A DNA stretch of 63,335 bases, filler included, from Welwitschia mirabilis (taxonomy: Eukaryota): assembly GCA_051453625.1 (NCBI GenBank). It is 7 parts of one record of this genome, joined end to end, with 100 filler letters (N's around TTAATTAATTAA, not from the genome) between each part and the next. Parts side by side here need not be neighbours in the genome. Positions count along the whole stretch, not along the records: positions 34,662 to 56,935 come from JBOZIK010000001.1; positions 57,036 to 61,759 come from JBOZIK010000001.1; positions 61,860 to 63,335 come from JBOZIK010000001.1; 4 more parts are not named here. One strand, written 5' to 3'. A program made the translations under genes and the position numbers. This document shows positions 52,428 to 63,335 of the stretch, piece by piece (the stretch's first letter is position 1; the number at the start of each line of letters is the position of its first letter). Below the pieces are notes generated by a model. It made no database searches. It saw only the letters and a list, made by a program, of their open reading frames with translations, and had not been told where the DNA came from.

Positions 52428-52441
52428 TGGCTCTGATACCA
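52428..52441 (-). promoter_or_regulatory. Primer-binding site, tRNAi-Met
   Basis: + strand TGGCTCTGATACCA equals TGGTATCAGAGCCA on the minus strand, 2 nt from the LTR end (TGTAAT at 52444). Confidence 0.9.
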
Positions 52442-52845
52442 ATTGTAATATTTCAAATTAGAAAGTTAAGATTAAACATCATATGTAATAAGAAACATTA
52501 ACTAGGGAAAAAATGAAGTCTTTATTTGTTAACATAGTAATGAACTATACTGTAATAATATTTTTTCTACATATTGTTTTAACTCTAGACTAATGGTCAA
52601 AGGTAGAGAAATGAACTATAATCTTAGGCCCCCTCCTAGGGCCCTTGGAAATTAGCTAAGGAGATCATCAGTTACATCCACTTAATCTATCTACTCATAT
52701 CTAACGTTATGGTCTTAAGACAAAAGGACATAATGTTACAAATTAAGAGCTATATCCTTGTACTATAAAATAGTTTTCTTTAATTACATAGTAATTACTC
52801 TTAAAAAATAATTGAATACTTAGAAAGTAACTTTATAATATTATA

Positions 52846-53420
52846 TCTAATCTCCTATTCAATGTAATAATGATATGATACATCTCAAGTAAGGTAAGGT
52901 AGGATATTTATAGGCTAGAATTAGGGTTTATAATTAGGGTTTGAAAGGTGTAATGAGGTTATTCTTTAGAATGCCCAAAGTGTATGGGATTATCCTTAGT
53001 CATAGGGCAAAATTAAGGGGTTATTCTTAGAAAATATTTCTCATTCATCTTCTATTTGTGGAAATGACTAGAATGAATTTCTTACATCAAAAGAACTCAA
53101 GAACATGAGTATGGTATTATCTTCATCACAGTAACTAATGACACCACTCCTAAAACTAGGGTTGTTACCAATAATGCTTAGTACACCTCTCTTTTATCAT
53201 AATACTCTAGATGATACATTCATCCTATAGAATAATATTGTTAAGGTAGATTATTAGTAAAACTAGATTTTTATAGCATTAAGCATAATAAATAAATAAA
53301 ACTATTATGATGGTAAGTTTAAGCATGCTAACAAGGCTTTAATTCTTTTATGTTAATTTTAATTTTTGCATGTTATCATACCCCTAACCAATCCTTTTGC
53401 TAGTTCCTTAGCAAAAATAT
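52846..53420 (-). mobile_element. Athila-type 3' hairpin/PPT and start of a 3' LTR
   Basis: Minus strand reads TTTTGCTAAGGAACTAGCAAAAGGATTGGTTAGGGG|TATGATAAC: hairpin, G-rich PPT and a decayed TGTGATA LTR start at ~53380. Confidence 0.55.
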
Positions 53421-54415
53421 ATGTCAAAGTATTAGCTAACATGACAAAAAATTACAAATAGACTTAATTAAGTATAAAAGATGAAGAAATTTTGAAAAAC
53501 ATTCTAGTCAATATACTTAAAATTACACTTAAGCAAAGGAATAAAGAATAAAAAGTTGGGTACTTAAGTGCAAATTCCACTTCCTTCAACCAAAACTAAA
53601 CTTTATCCTTAAAGTTTGAAACATAAAAGATCAAATGTAAATATAATGGAAAATAAATGATGCATGTGCTAATGTAGTTTAAAAAGAGCTAGAAAGGAAA
53701 ATTACTAAAAATAAAATGTTTAAGAAATTATTAAACTAAAAATATAANNNNNNNNNNNNNNNNNNNNNNNNNNNNNNNNNNNNNNNNNNNNNNNNNNNNN
53801 NNNNNNNNNNNNNNNNNNNNNNNNNNNNNNNNNNNNNNNNNNNNNNNTAAAATAAAAATATGAAATTTAAACTAATGTAAATAGAAGAGTAAAAATAAAA
53901 ATAACTCTTTAATTATAATGATTTAAATTTATGAATCTTAAATGTGTGATTGCATAAATGATCAAAAAATAATTGAAAAAAAAAGAATGAAAAATAATGT
54001 GATGATTTTGAAATGAAGGAGTGAGTAATGAATCTAAATCATTCAATTTCTATAAACTTTTAGTAAAGATCCAAGTGCTAAAAACATAGGAAATGTGATG
54101 TAGGATTTTTATGTAAAAAAGGAATTTATTTGTTTAGGTTAAGGGAGTAGCATCAGTTAGGAAGATCAGTAGTACTAGCTCTGTTATGAGCTATACCTTG
54201 AATGTTATTTTTTAGAGCCTTAAAACCAAATTAAAAAATTTGTAGTTAAGTTTCAATTTAGAATAAAAATAGCATTGCAAAAAATAGAGATTCAGATTAA
54301 TTTTTTATTAAGTATGAAAGCTATTACAACAAAATAATATGTAATTATAATNNNNNNNNNNNNNNNNNNNNNNNNNNNNNNNNNNNNNNNNNNNNNNNNN
54401 NNNNNNNNNNNNNNN

Positions 54416-54418
<3 letters not shown>

Positions 54419-54460
<42 letters not shown>
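54419..54460 (+). repeat. (GA)21 microsatellite
   Basis: Perfect GA run next to a gap. Confidence 0.98.
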
Positions 54461-54463
<3 letters not shown>

Positions 54464-54479
54464 ATTCAAAATCTTCTAT

Positions 54480-55500
54480 GAGAAGGCAATCTCTCCAGCT
54501 TTTGGTCCATCTCTTCTTAATTCTTGAACATATTATTTTATTCCTTTGCAATTTTTTTCATCTTCCTCTATAACTTCTTAATCCAAGTTCTTTAACATTT
54601 AAGAAATTATTTCAAAAAGATATCAATTAAAGTAGTGAAGCAATGTTGATGAATATTGAAAAGAAGAGTAGAAGAAGGTGGAGAAGAGGGATATGAAAGG
54701 ATTCATCAATAGGATCATTTCCTTTTCTTCTTATAGTGGATGAAGATTAAGAAGAAGAAGGAGCTTAAGAAGAAGGAGGAGTTATTTAAGAATGTTCTTC
54801 TTATTTTTCTTAAATATCTTAAAGAGCCCTTGGAATTTAGATTAAGTTAGGTAATCTTTTTAGAAATTGTATAAAAGGCCTTTTCCATCCTTTAAAATCT
54901 AAAATATGAAATAAGACATTATAGATCAAGTTTAAAACTAATCAAGGAAAGAGAATATTAGCCTTATGGCCCATATTATTTGTTATAGTAGTAAAGAAAC
55001 TTTTAGCTATGTTAAAGGGCTTACTATCTTGAATGATTATAATCATATTAAGATGACTACTATAGGCATCAATTGCATGATATTTGGGCAAAATGTTTGG
55101 AAGAGCTAGTTTTAATAAAGCTATTTGCAAGAGAAGGCTCCCTATTTATTTGATACAAATTTAACATTAAGTACAACACAATAATAGATAAGGAATTGGT
55201 AAGCATATAAGATAACTTGTCATGGTATTTAACTCCTAAAAAATATTCTACATCATTAAGGTAAATAACAAAGAAAGTGTAATGAATACAAGGATGGATT
55301 ATTTAAGGGTTATTTTCATTCGTTATTGTATTCCAATAGAAGTCCAAAATAGCGTTTGAAAAGTAGTAACTGTCATTTTCCTTTAACAAATAGTTCCAAT
55401 TCCTTACTTAAGTTTTATCAAAATAAAAAGATGTAAATGAAGCAAGGGAACATGTAAAGATTCTTCTTTTTTTAAAATGGGTTTTGATCTTTCATTCATG
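54480..55500 (-). pseudogene. Relic of a retroelement extra/env-like ORF (Athila ORF / Transposase_32-like motifs)
   Basis: NWNYLLKENDSYYFSNAILDFYWN (~55400-55330), KANILFP*LV (~54965-54935), then PPSS*APSSS*SSSTIRRKGNDPIDES...FTTLIDIFLK*FLKC*RTWIKKL*RKMKKIAKE. Lies upstream of an Athila-type PPT on the same strand. Confidence 0.6.
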
Positions 55501-56789
55501 ATGTTCAGAAATGATAGAATAGAAAAATAAATAAAGAAATGAAAATGGGAAAAAAATAAAGGTAAAAGTTAAGAAAGTAAAAATTGAATTAAAAGAAAAA
55601 TAGAAGAATTTTAAATGTAAAAATAAGCTTGTCAATACACTAAAAATCTAGAAAAATATAAAATAGAGTTTTCAGATAAAGTTATAAATGTTGAGAGGAA
55701 CATAGACAATGGTAATAATGAGGGAAACAATGGTGTAGTAGAATGTAAAGATGTGGATCAAGAAAACATGAGGAGGGTTGTGATAGCATGGAGGTTACAA
55801 AAACTATGAGTGCTTGATGTAGATGATTTAAAAATTACATTTTTTATAGAAATTAGGTAAAATAAAGTAACTATATTTTATTAATAGTCTAGATCTAGAC
55901 ATGGATAGATGGATCAAATTATAGAAAATACAATGTATTTCTTGATATGTTTTTTATAAAGTGGAAAAACCAAGAAATATGGCTTAGTATGATGTATAAT
56001 GATACAAATACAATTGGTTTACTATACTCTATTGGTAGTGACATAGGACATACCATGAAATAGGATTATTAATATTAACTACCTATTATCTAACCTTATT
56101 CTTTCCTACATGTTCAAGCTTAAACTAACTTAAATAAGGCTGAAGGAAAAAGACAAAACATTGAGGCCGATCTGACAATTAAAAAAACTCAAACACAATT
56201 ACAAACTATCAATGTGTTAATAAAAGTGAATGGAAATGTGATGAAATGGATGAATGAAATGACAAATCGTTCATTCTATGAATAAATGAAACATAATGAA
56301 TGAAAGCTAATGGTCCTATTTATTTTCATAATTTAGGGTGCATCTTTTCCTAAGAAAAATAAAAATATAAATCAATAAATTCTTATAAATCCACAACTAA
56401 CCAAAGAATCTCAAGTTCAATTTGTTAAAAAAAGTAAATAAAAGATTTCAAAAATTTCATCTTAATTTTAATCATTTCCCATTTTCTTCCTTGGGAATTG
56501 AAATTTTAAGCATTAGGTCCTATTAATCATTTAGTGTTTTAACACTTCCTTTTAATATATTTAACATGTTATGCAAAAAGGATTTAGTGCCACATTATTA
56601 ACAAGTAACTATAGTCCTAATGTAAATGAATGTATTACAAATGAATTATTAGAGCCACATTTCTAGGAGGTATTCATAGCTCTAATGCTGTTAAGTAAAA
56701 CCAATATAAATAATCATAAAATGTGCTAAAGAAGCTTTAAGATTTTTCTTAATTTGCTTTTTTCTTTATTATTTATTTTTTAAATTTGG

Positions 56790-56935
56790 TGAAAACCGAG
56801 GATCGACCTTAAAGGGGGGTGAATATGTCCTTTTTCGAAGTTCTATCTCCTTATTAATCATAACTTGCAAAAACAATACATAAAGAAATACTAAAACAAA
56901 GTATATAATGGTGGATAGACATCACCCTTCAGCTT
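56790..56935 (-). mobile_element. SIRE LTR U5 end, running into a gap
   Basis: Minus strand TATTCACCCCCCTTTAAGGTCGATCCTCGGTTTTCA: the Sirevirus C-rich U5 motif ending in CA. No PBS follows. Confidence 0.7.
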
Positions 56936-57035
56936 NNNNNNNNNNNNNNNNNNNNNNNNNNNNNNNNNNNNNNNNNNNNTTAATTAATTAANNNNNNNNN
57001 NNNNNNNNNNNNNNNNNNNNNNNNNNNNNNNNNNN

Positions 57036-60000
57036 TAATAAGAATCAAACTTAGTCTCACTCTTAACTTTTAAAGAACAAGCCTTTTTTACCCATGAATA
57101 CTTAGTCACCATTCCTCTTTCCATAGTTTAACATAAGATTTACCTTGAAGATAATGCTAAATTTATTAGGAAACCCTAAAGAAGGCTCAACCTAGCCCTT
57201 AAGTAAATAGTTAAAGATGAAATCATTAAACTTATAAATGTTAATATCATCTATGCTATATCTGATAGTGAGTGCATTAGTTCTTTGATAATAGATCAAA
57301 AAAAGAGGGGAAAATGAAGAATGTGCATTGATTTTAGAAAACTTAGTGAGGTCACTAAAGAAAATCATTACTCTTTACCCTTTCTTGATCAAGTACTTGA
57401 TAGAATACAAGGCATGCCTACCACGATTTTCTTAATGGGTATAGTGGTTATAATTAAATTTGCATAGTAAGTAAGAATCAAGCCAAAACAACCTTTACCT
57501 CATTCTTTGTAACCTTTATCTTTAGATAAGTATCCTTTAGATATGAAATTCCCTTGGAACCTTTCAACAAGATATGATGAGAATCTTTTCTGATATGATA
57601 GAGGACTCTATTGAAATTTTTATGGATGACTTCTCCATCTTTGGTAAAACTTTTGAATATACCATAAAAAGATTAGAGAAAGTTTTAAATCGATGTATAG
57701 AGAGAGGTTTACATTTAAGTTGGCAAAAGATTTTCCTCCTTATCAATCATGCAATTATTTTAGGACATCACATTTTAAAGGAAAGGATTAAGATAAATCC
57801 TATAAAAGTTAATGTCATTAAAAACCTTAATCCTCTAACTAATGTTAAACAAGTTAGATCATTCCTTGTTCATGCTAGTTTCTATCATTGTTTTATTCAT
57901 GATTATGCTAAAATTTATAAACCACTCCACTTCTTACTTGAAAAATATGCTAAATTTGATTGGAATGATTCATGTCAACTTGAATTTAATACACTCAAGA
58001 AAAATATTTATTTTAAATCTATTATCATTGGTCTCTATTGGACTAAAGATTTTGAACTCAGGTGTAATGCAAGCAACATTGCTATGGGTGGGGTTCTTGG
58101 CCTAAAATATGATAATGGTCTTAAAGTCATATCCTATCTTAGTAAAACTTTGTCTAAATCTCAATTTAATTATACTATTACCAAAAGGGAAATTCTTACC
58201 ATCATCTTTTGCGTTCATCATTTTAGACACTATCTTCTTGACTTCCACAATAATGTTTACACAGATCATGCAGCCATACACTTTCTTATGACTAAGAAAG
58301 ATTCTAGTGCCAGACTCATGAGGTTAATCCTTCTCAAGTGAGAATTCAATCTCACCATCATTGATAAGGCTAGAAAACATAATAACATTATGGATAACTT
58401 ATCTTGACTCTCTTGTTCTCATGATAGAATTCCCATAAATGACTCCTTTTTAGTGAACAACTATTTGCTATTAAACAACTTTGTACCATCTCTTCTACTC
58501 ATCTCTCTCCTTGGTATGCTGGTAGTGTGAACTACCTTATAACTATAATAATACCTTAGCATTAGAAGTATAATCAACACAAATCTTTTCTCCATAGGAT
58601 TGGTAAATATAAGTGAAATGAACCCCATGTTTATAGCAGATGCAAGGACCAAATAATGTGTAAGTGTATGCTTGAGTGGGAAAGATTAGAGATCCTTAAC
58701 CTTTGCCATGGTAGGTTATGTGAGGAACATTTCAGTGGCTTAAAAACTACAATAAAAATTCTTTACTTTTTGTTTTTATTGGCCTACCATTTTTAAAGAA
58801 TCGTTTAACTTTGCTAGAAAGTGTGATGCTTATCAACGTTATGGTAGCCTAGATAATTNNNNNNNNNNNNNNNNNNNNNNNNNNNNNNNNNNNNNNNNNN
58901 NNNNNNNNNNNNNNNNNNNNNNNNNNNNNNNNNNNNNNNNNNNNNNNNNNNNNNNNNNGAGTAAGTTTATGCCATTTATTCTACTCATCTCACTCCTTGA
59001 TATGCTGATATCATGAACTACCTTATTACTATAAAAACACCTCAGCATTAAAACCATAACTAATGCAAATATTTTTTCCATAAATATTGATAACTATCAA
59101 TGGAATGAACTCCATCTTTATAGAAGGTGCAAAGATTAAATCATGCATAAGTTTGTACCTAATTGGAAATGCCTAAAAATCCTAAAACTCTATCATGGTG
59201 GGATATGTAGAAGACACACTAGTGCCTAAAAGTCTATCATAAAAATTCTTTACTCTAGTGTTTATTGGCCTACCTTTTCCAAGGATTCATTTGAATTTGC
59301 TAGAAGGTGTAATGTGTGTCAATGTTATGATAGCCTAACACATTTTCAAGATATGCCCCTTAAACTTATACTTGAATGTAAACCTTTTGATTATTAAAGA
59401 ATTGATTTTATAAGCCTAATTAAGCCACCTTATCATGACAAAAATTATATCCTAGTAGTAGCTGANNNNNNNNNNNNNNNNNNNNNNNNNNNNNNNNNNN
59501 NNNNNNNNNNNNNNNNNNNNNNNNNNNNNNNNNNNNNNNNNNNNNNNNNNNNNNNNNNNNNNNNNATTAAATCATGCATAAGTTTGTGCCTAAGTGGAAA
59601 AGCCTAAAAATCCTAAAACTCTATCATGATGGGATATGTGGAAGACACACTAGTGCCTAAACGTCTATCATAAAAATTCTTCACTTTAGTGTTTATTGGC
59701 CTACCCTTTTCAAGGATTCATTTGAATTTCCTAAAAGATGTGATGTGTGTCAACGTTATGATAGCCTAACACATTCTCAAGATATGCCCCTTAAATTTGT
59801 ACTTGAATGTAAACCTTTTGATTATTAAAGAATTGATTTTATAAGCCTAATTAAACCACCTTATCATGATAGAAATTATATCCTAGTAGTAGCTGATTAT
59901 GTTACTATGTAGGTAGAAGCTATTTCTACTACCAAAAATGATGCCTAAATCATTTGCAATTTTGTTTGAACTCATATTTTTCAATTTTTTGATTTTCCAT

Positions 60001-60510
60001 TAATCATAATCTCTATCAATAGTAAAACATGGTTATATAAACTTAATGATGTTCTTTTGATTTACTATACTACTTGGCGTAACTCTTTAGGTTTCTCACC
60101 ATATGAACTTATGTACAAAAAAGTTTATGTCTTACCAATTGATGTTTGCTATAATTCCTATCAATCCACCTATCAACTTAATCTTTGAAACTTGAATAAA
60201 AATATTAAATCTCGATTATCCCAACTTAACCATTTAGATTAAAAATGTACTCATGCCCTACATCATTAACTCATTCATAAACCCCAAGCTAAATTTAGAC
60301 ATGATAAAAAGATTTCATGAGAAGTTTAAACTTGGTCAACTTATCCTTTTATATAACACCTAAATACATCTTTTACACAACAAGTTGACTTTTAAATGGT
60401 TAGGTCCTTATCTTATGAAAAAAATGCATTCAAATGGCTCAATTAGAATCTTTGATCCAAATACTAGAGAAATTTAAAAAGTTAATGGATAAAGATTAAA
60501 AATTTATGAG
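57036..60510 (+). pseudogene. Athila-type Ty3/Gypsy pol (RT-RNase H-integrase), degraded
   Basis: CIDFRKL...HYSLPFLDQVLDRI; MMRIFSDMIEDSIEIFMDDFSIFG (FMDD 57619-57630); FELRCNASNIAMGGVLG; NYTITKREIL; VYTDHAAIHFLMTKKDS.ARLMR; PWYA; YILVVADYVT; VNG*RLK at 60481. Many stops and frameshifts. Confidence 0.95.
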
Positions 60511-61545
60511 TTATCTACTGATGAATCCTTGAATACAATGAAAGCACTTGTCTTGGAATCCTCTCTTAATGAGAATAATATTCCTCTTATCATTATTTAA
60601 ATTTGTTCTTAACTCATTCCTTTGGTAAACATCATGTTATTACATAAATATCATAAATTTGACTCATGTATTTAGTTTATGAAGTTTCCATGATTATTGA
60701 TATTTTACTTGGGAATTTTAAATAATAAGATTAGCTTCATCTAACCTTAAGACATTTGTATGTCTATAAACTTCATTTTGAAGGAAGATACCTTGGTTCT
60801 TCTTTTCTCTTTCAATGGTATAAGTAATTAATTGTTTTTGTATGTTCTTCTTATTATTCATCTCATTTATTTACTTTTATCCTTATAAGCACTTGGTTAT
60901 GTAGAATGTCAAAAAAAGAAAAAGAAAAAGAAAAAAAAAGAAAAGAAAAAAATAAATAAAGACCATCCTATTTCAGATCTTAACTAAAACATGGTCCCCA
61001 TGATGTNNNNNNNNNNNNNNNNNNNNNNNNNNNNNNNNNNNNNNNNNNNNNNNNNNNNNNNNNNNNNNNNNNNNNNNNNNNNNNNNNNNNNNNNNNNNNN
61101 NNNNNNAATTTGACTCATGTATTTACTTTATGAAGTTTCCATGGTTATTGATATTTTACTTGGGAATTTTAAATAATAAGATTAGCTTCATCTAACCTTA
61201 AGACATCTGTATATCTATAAACTTCATTTTGAAGGAAGATGCCTTGGTTCTTCTTTTCTCTTTAAATGGTATAAGTAATTAATTGTTTTTGCATGTTCTT
61301 CTTATTATTCATCTCATTTCTTTACTTTTATCCTTATAAGTACTTGGTTATGTAGAATGTCAAAAAAAGAAAAAGAAAAAGAAAAAAAAGAAAAAAATAA
61401 ATAAATAAAGACCATCCTATTTCAGATCTTAACTAAAACATGGTCCCCACGATGTCCTACCACAAATGCATCAGGGCAAATTTTCCTAAGACAGACCTTT
61501 GGCAATGCGATATGGTAGCTATGGGAAATTCATTGGGAGGTTAAT

Positions 61546-61759
61546 TATTGCGATGCCAACTTAGATGTATTTGATAGGGTATTTTGAGTTGTTTTGCAAA
61601 TAAACTAATGGATAACTACCCAGTTTCTATGACAATCAAGAATCCAGAAGCACAAGATGAAAACATGCAGTTTATCAGATAATTCACAAGCATTTTATGT
61701 AGATATGGATAAATTGTATTTTCGGATGATTATTCCTACAAACAACAAGATATCAGACT
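61546..61759 (+). mobile_element. Start of an Athila-type LTR, same family as 31654
   Basis: TATTGCGATGCCAACTTAGATGTATTTGA... is nearly identical to 31654-31865 and runs into a linker gap. Confidence 0.9.
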
Positions 61760-61859
61760 NNNNNNNNNNNNNNNNNNNNNNNNNNNNNNNNNNNNNNNNN
61801 NNNTTAATTAATTAANNNNNNNNNNNNNNNNNNNNNNNNNNNNNNNNNNNNNNNNNNNN

Positions 61860-63335
61860 TTGACTTACTTCAACTAAATCTTCTAATATCTTCCAAGAAT
61901 CTTCTAAAGTTTAATTTAAGAGGTTGCCTTCATAAGAGAAATCTACAAGTTGCTTAGTATGATTGTTTAACCCACTATAGAAATAGTCTATTAATTCTAC
62001 CTTAGAGAAGGTGTCTACAGACTTTTAGTGTAAAGCCACAAAGAATCTCTTATAAGCAGAGGCATAGTCTTTATTAGGCAGTTGTTGGAAGTTTGTAACT
62101 TCTTTCTTATGTTTCCAGATAGTTATTACATTCATAAATCTTTTAATAAAGGATTTTTGAACTTGGCTCCAATATTTAGGCTCTTATGAGGAATTGTTCT
62201 AAGCTAAATTTTAGCCTTATTTCATAATGTGATGGGAAAAATTACCATATAGGTTTTATCAGTTATGCACTTTTTACCGTTTCTAGAAGTAAGAATGAGT
62301 TATTCAATTTCAGTGATGTGTTGTAGAGGGTCTTCATCAGGTTCTCCTCAAAAGGTAGGGTAAGAATTTAAGTTTTTAAGTTGCACATCATCGCCTAGAG
62401 GTAAGTCAAAAGGGTTTTGAATTTCANNNNNNNNNNNNNNNNNNNNNNNNNNNNNNNNNNNNNNNNNNNNNNNNNNNNNNNNNNNNNNNNNNNNNNNNNN
62501 NNNNNNNNNNNNNNNNNNNNNNNNNNTCTTTTATTCACTATGAGATCTCTTAGAATCACACGAGGAGTAGGAGTAATAGTTCCAATGATAGGAGGTGGAT
62601 TTAGTGAGATAGGTTGTTTTTGATAAGAGGTTGACATAGTATTAGATTTTTCAAAATTAAAATCAGATTCTTCTACAGAATTAAAATCAGAAATCTCAGG
62701 AAATTCTAAAGTTTATGTACCTGGGCTATTTTGATGTTCAATTTCAAAATTTAGCAAACCTTCTTAGATATTTTCTGTAATAAATTGCCTCTCTCTCTGG
62801 TATGTTTCACCTTTCCCTATTTTTATCATTCAGTTTTTGGTTCTCAGAAGGTGTCGTTCTGTATGTCATCTAGATAATAACCTAGACGACAGAGACAGAA
62901 AACACAGATAACCACGGAATGAGGGAAAGAAAAATAGGAAATAGTCATCTGACTATGACATCTGGATGACAAATGGAACATCAGCGGTTAGTAAAAAGTT
63001 AAAACTAAAATAAAATACTTACAGAGTACTAGCACACCAATGCTACAACAAACATCTAGAATATCCACTGAAGCAACAATAATTCTCGATTTCTAAGCAG
63101 CCTTTCCCGGCAACGTTGCTAATTTGTTGCAATACGAATTTATACAATGTTTCACATCTTGATTTAAATCCTATTAATTACAAATAAGATGCACAAAATA
63201 CAACACACTAGTATAATCAGAGTGATCTGAATGTCATAATTTTGTTGAAGGCCAATGGTATGGATAATAAAGAGTTAATTTCAAGAAAGAAATACCTAAC
63301 CTTAATCTACTGACTTAAACTACAATGCATGAAAT
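61860..63335 (-). mobile_element. Athila-type element: LTR U5 end (63125-63335), tRNA-Asp PBS (63104-63121), leader and gag (62637 to ~61860)
   Basis: Reverse-complement homolog of ~33245-34560. PBS TAGCAACGTTGCCGGGAA. gag MSTSYQKQPISLNPPPIIGTI matches the 34184 ORF. Confidence 0.9.

Larger units (their letters stand above)
42807..52845 (-). mobile_element. Composite chromovirus-type Ty3/Gypsy element with diverged LTR pair
   Basis: LTRs 52444-52845 and 42807-43250 share blocks such as TGTTACAAATTAAG and TTAATTACATAGTAAT. Perfect PBS TGGTATCAGAGCCA (52428-52441, -). PPT AAGGGGAAGAAAG (43251-43263, -). Confidence 0.75.

Noticed and set aside
52921..52942. Telomere-like TTAGGGTTT motifs
   Set aside because: Only two separated copies inside LTR-like sequence, not an interstitial telomere array.

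Overview
AT-rich land-plant nuclear DNA from a gapped draft assembly; the species cannot be determined from the sequence alone. There is one cellular gene, an apparently intronless dynamin-related DRP4 (plant Mx-like) GTPase at 11590-13792 (+). It has three in-frame stops and is probably a pseudogene. Most of the rest is old, nested LTR-retrotransposon debris. This includes several Athila-type Ty3/Gypsy LTRs and elements with a tRNA-Asp PBS, a Tnt1/Tork-like Copia gag, and a ~12.4 kb Copia (18418-30817, -) with a SIRE element inside it. A composite chromovirus-type element (42807-52845, -) carries a 1.6 kb tandem array with three repeat periods. There are also two diverged relics of an env-like/extra ORF and a probable MULE transposase relic. 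Many apparent tandem duplications flank N-gaps, and six gaps contain a TTAATTAATTAA linker; both are assembly features. I found no convincing novel biological system. The best leads are the Mx-like pseudogene, the extra-ORF relics and the multi-period array. All translations, alignments and identity figures were done by eye.
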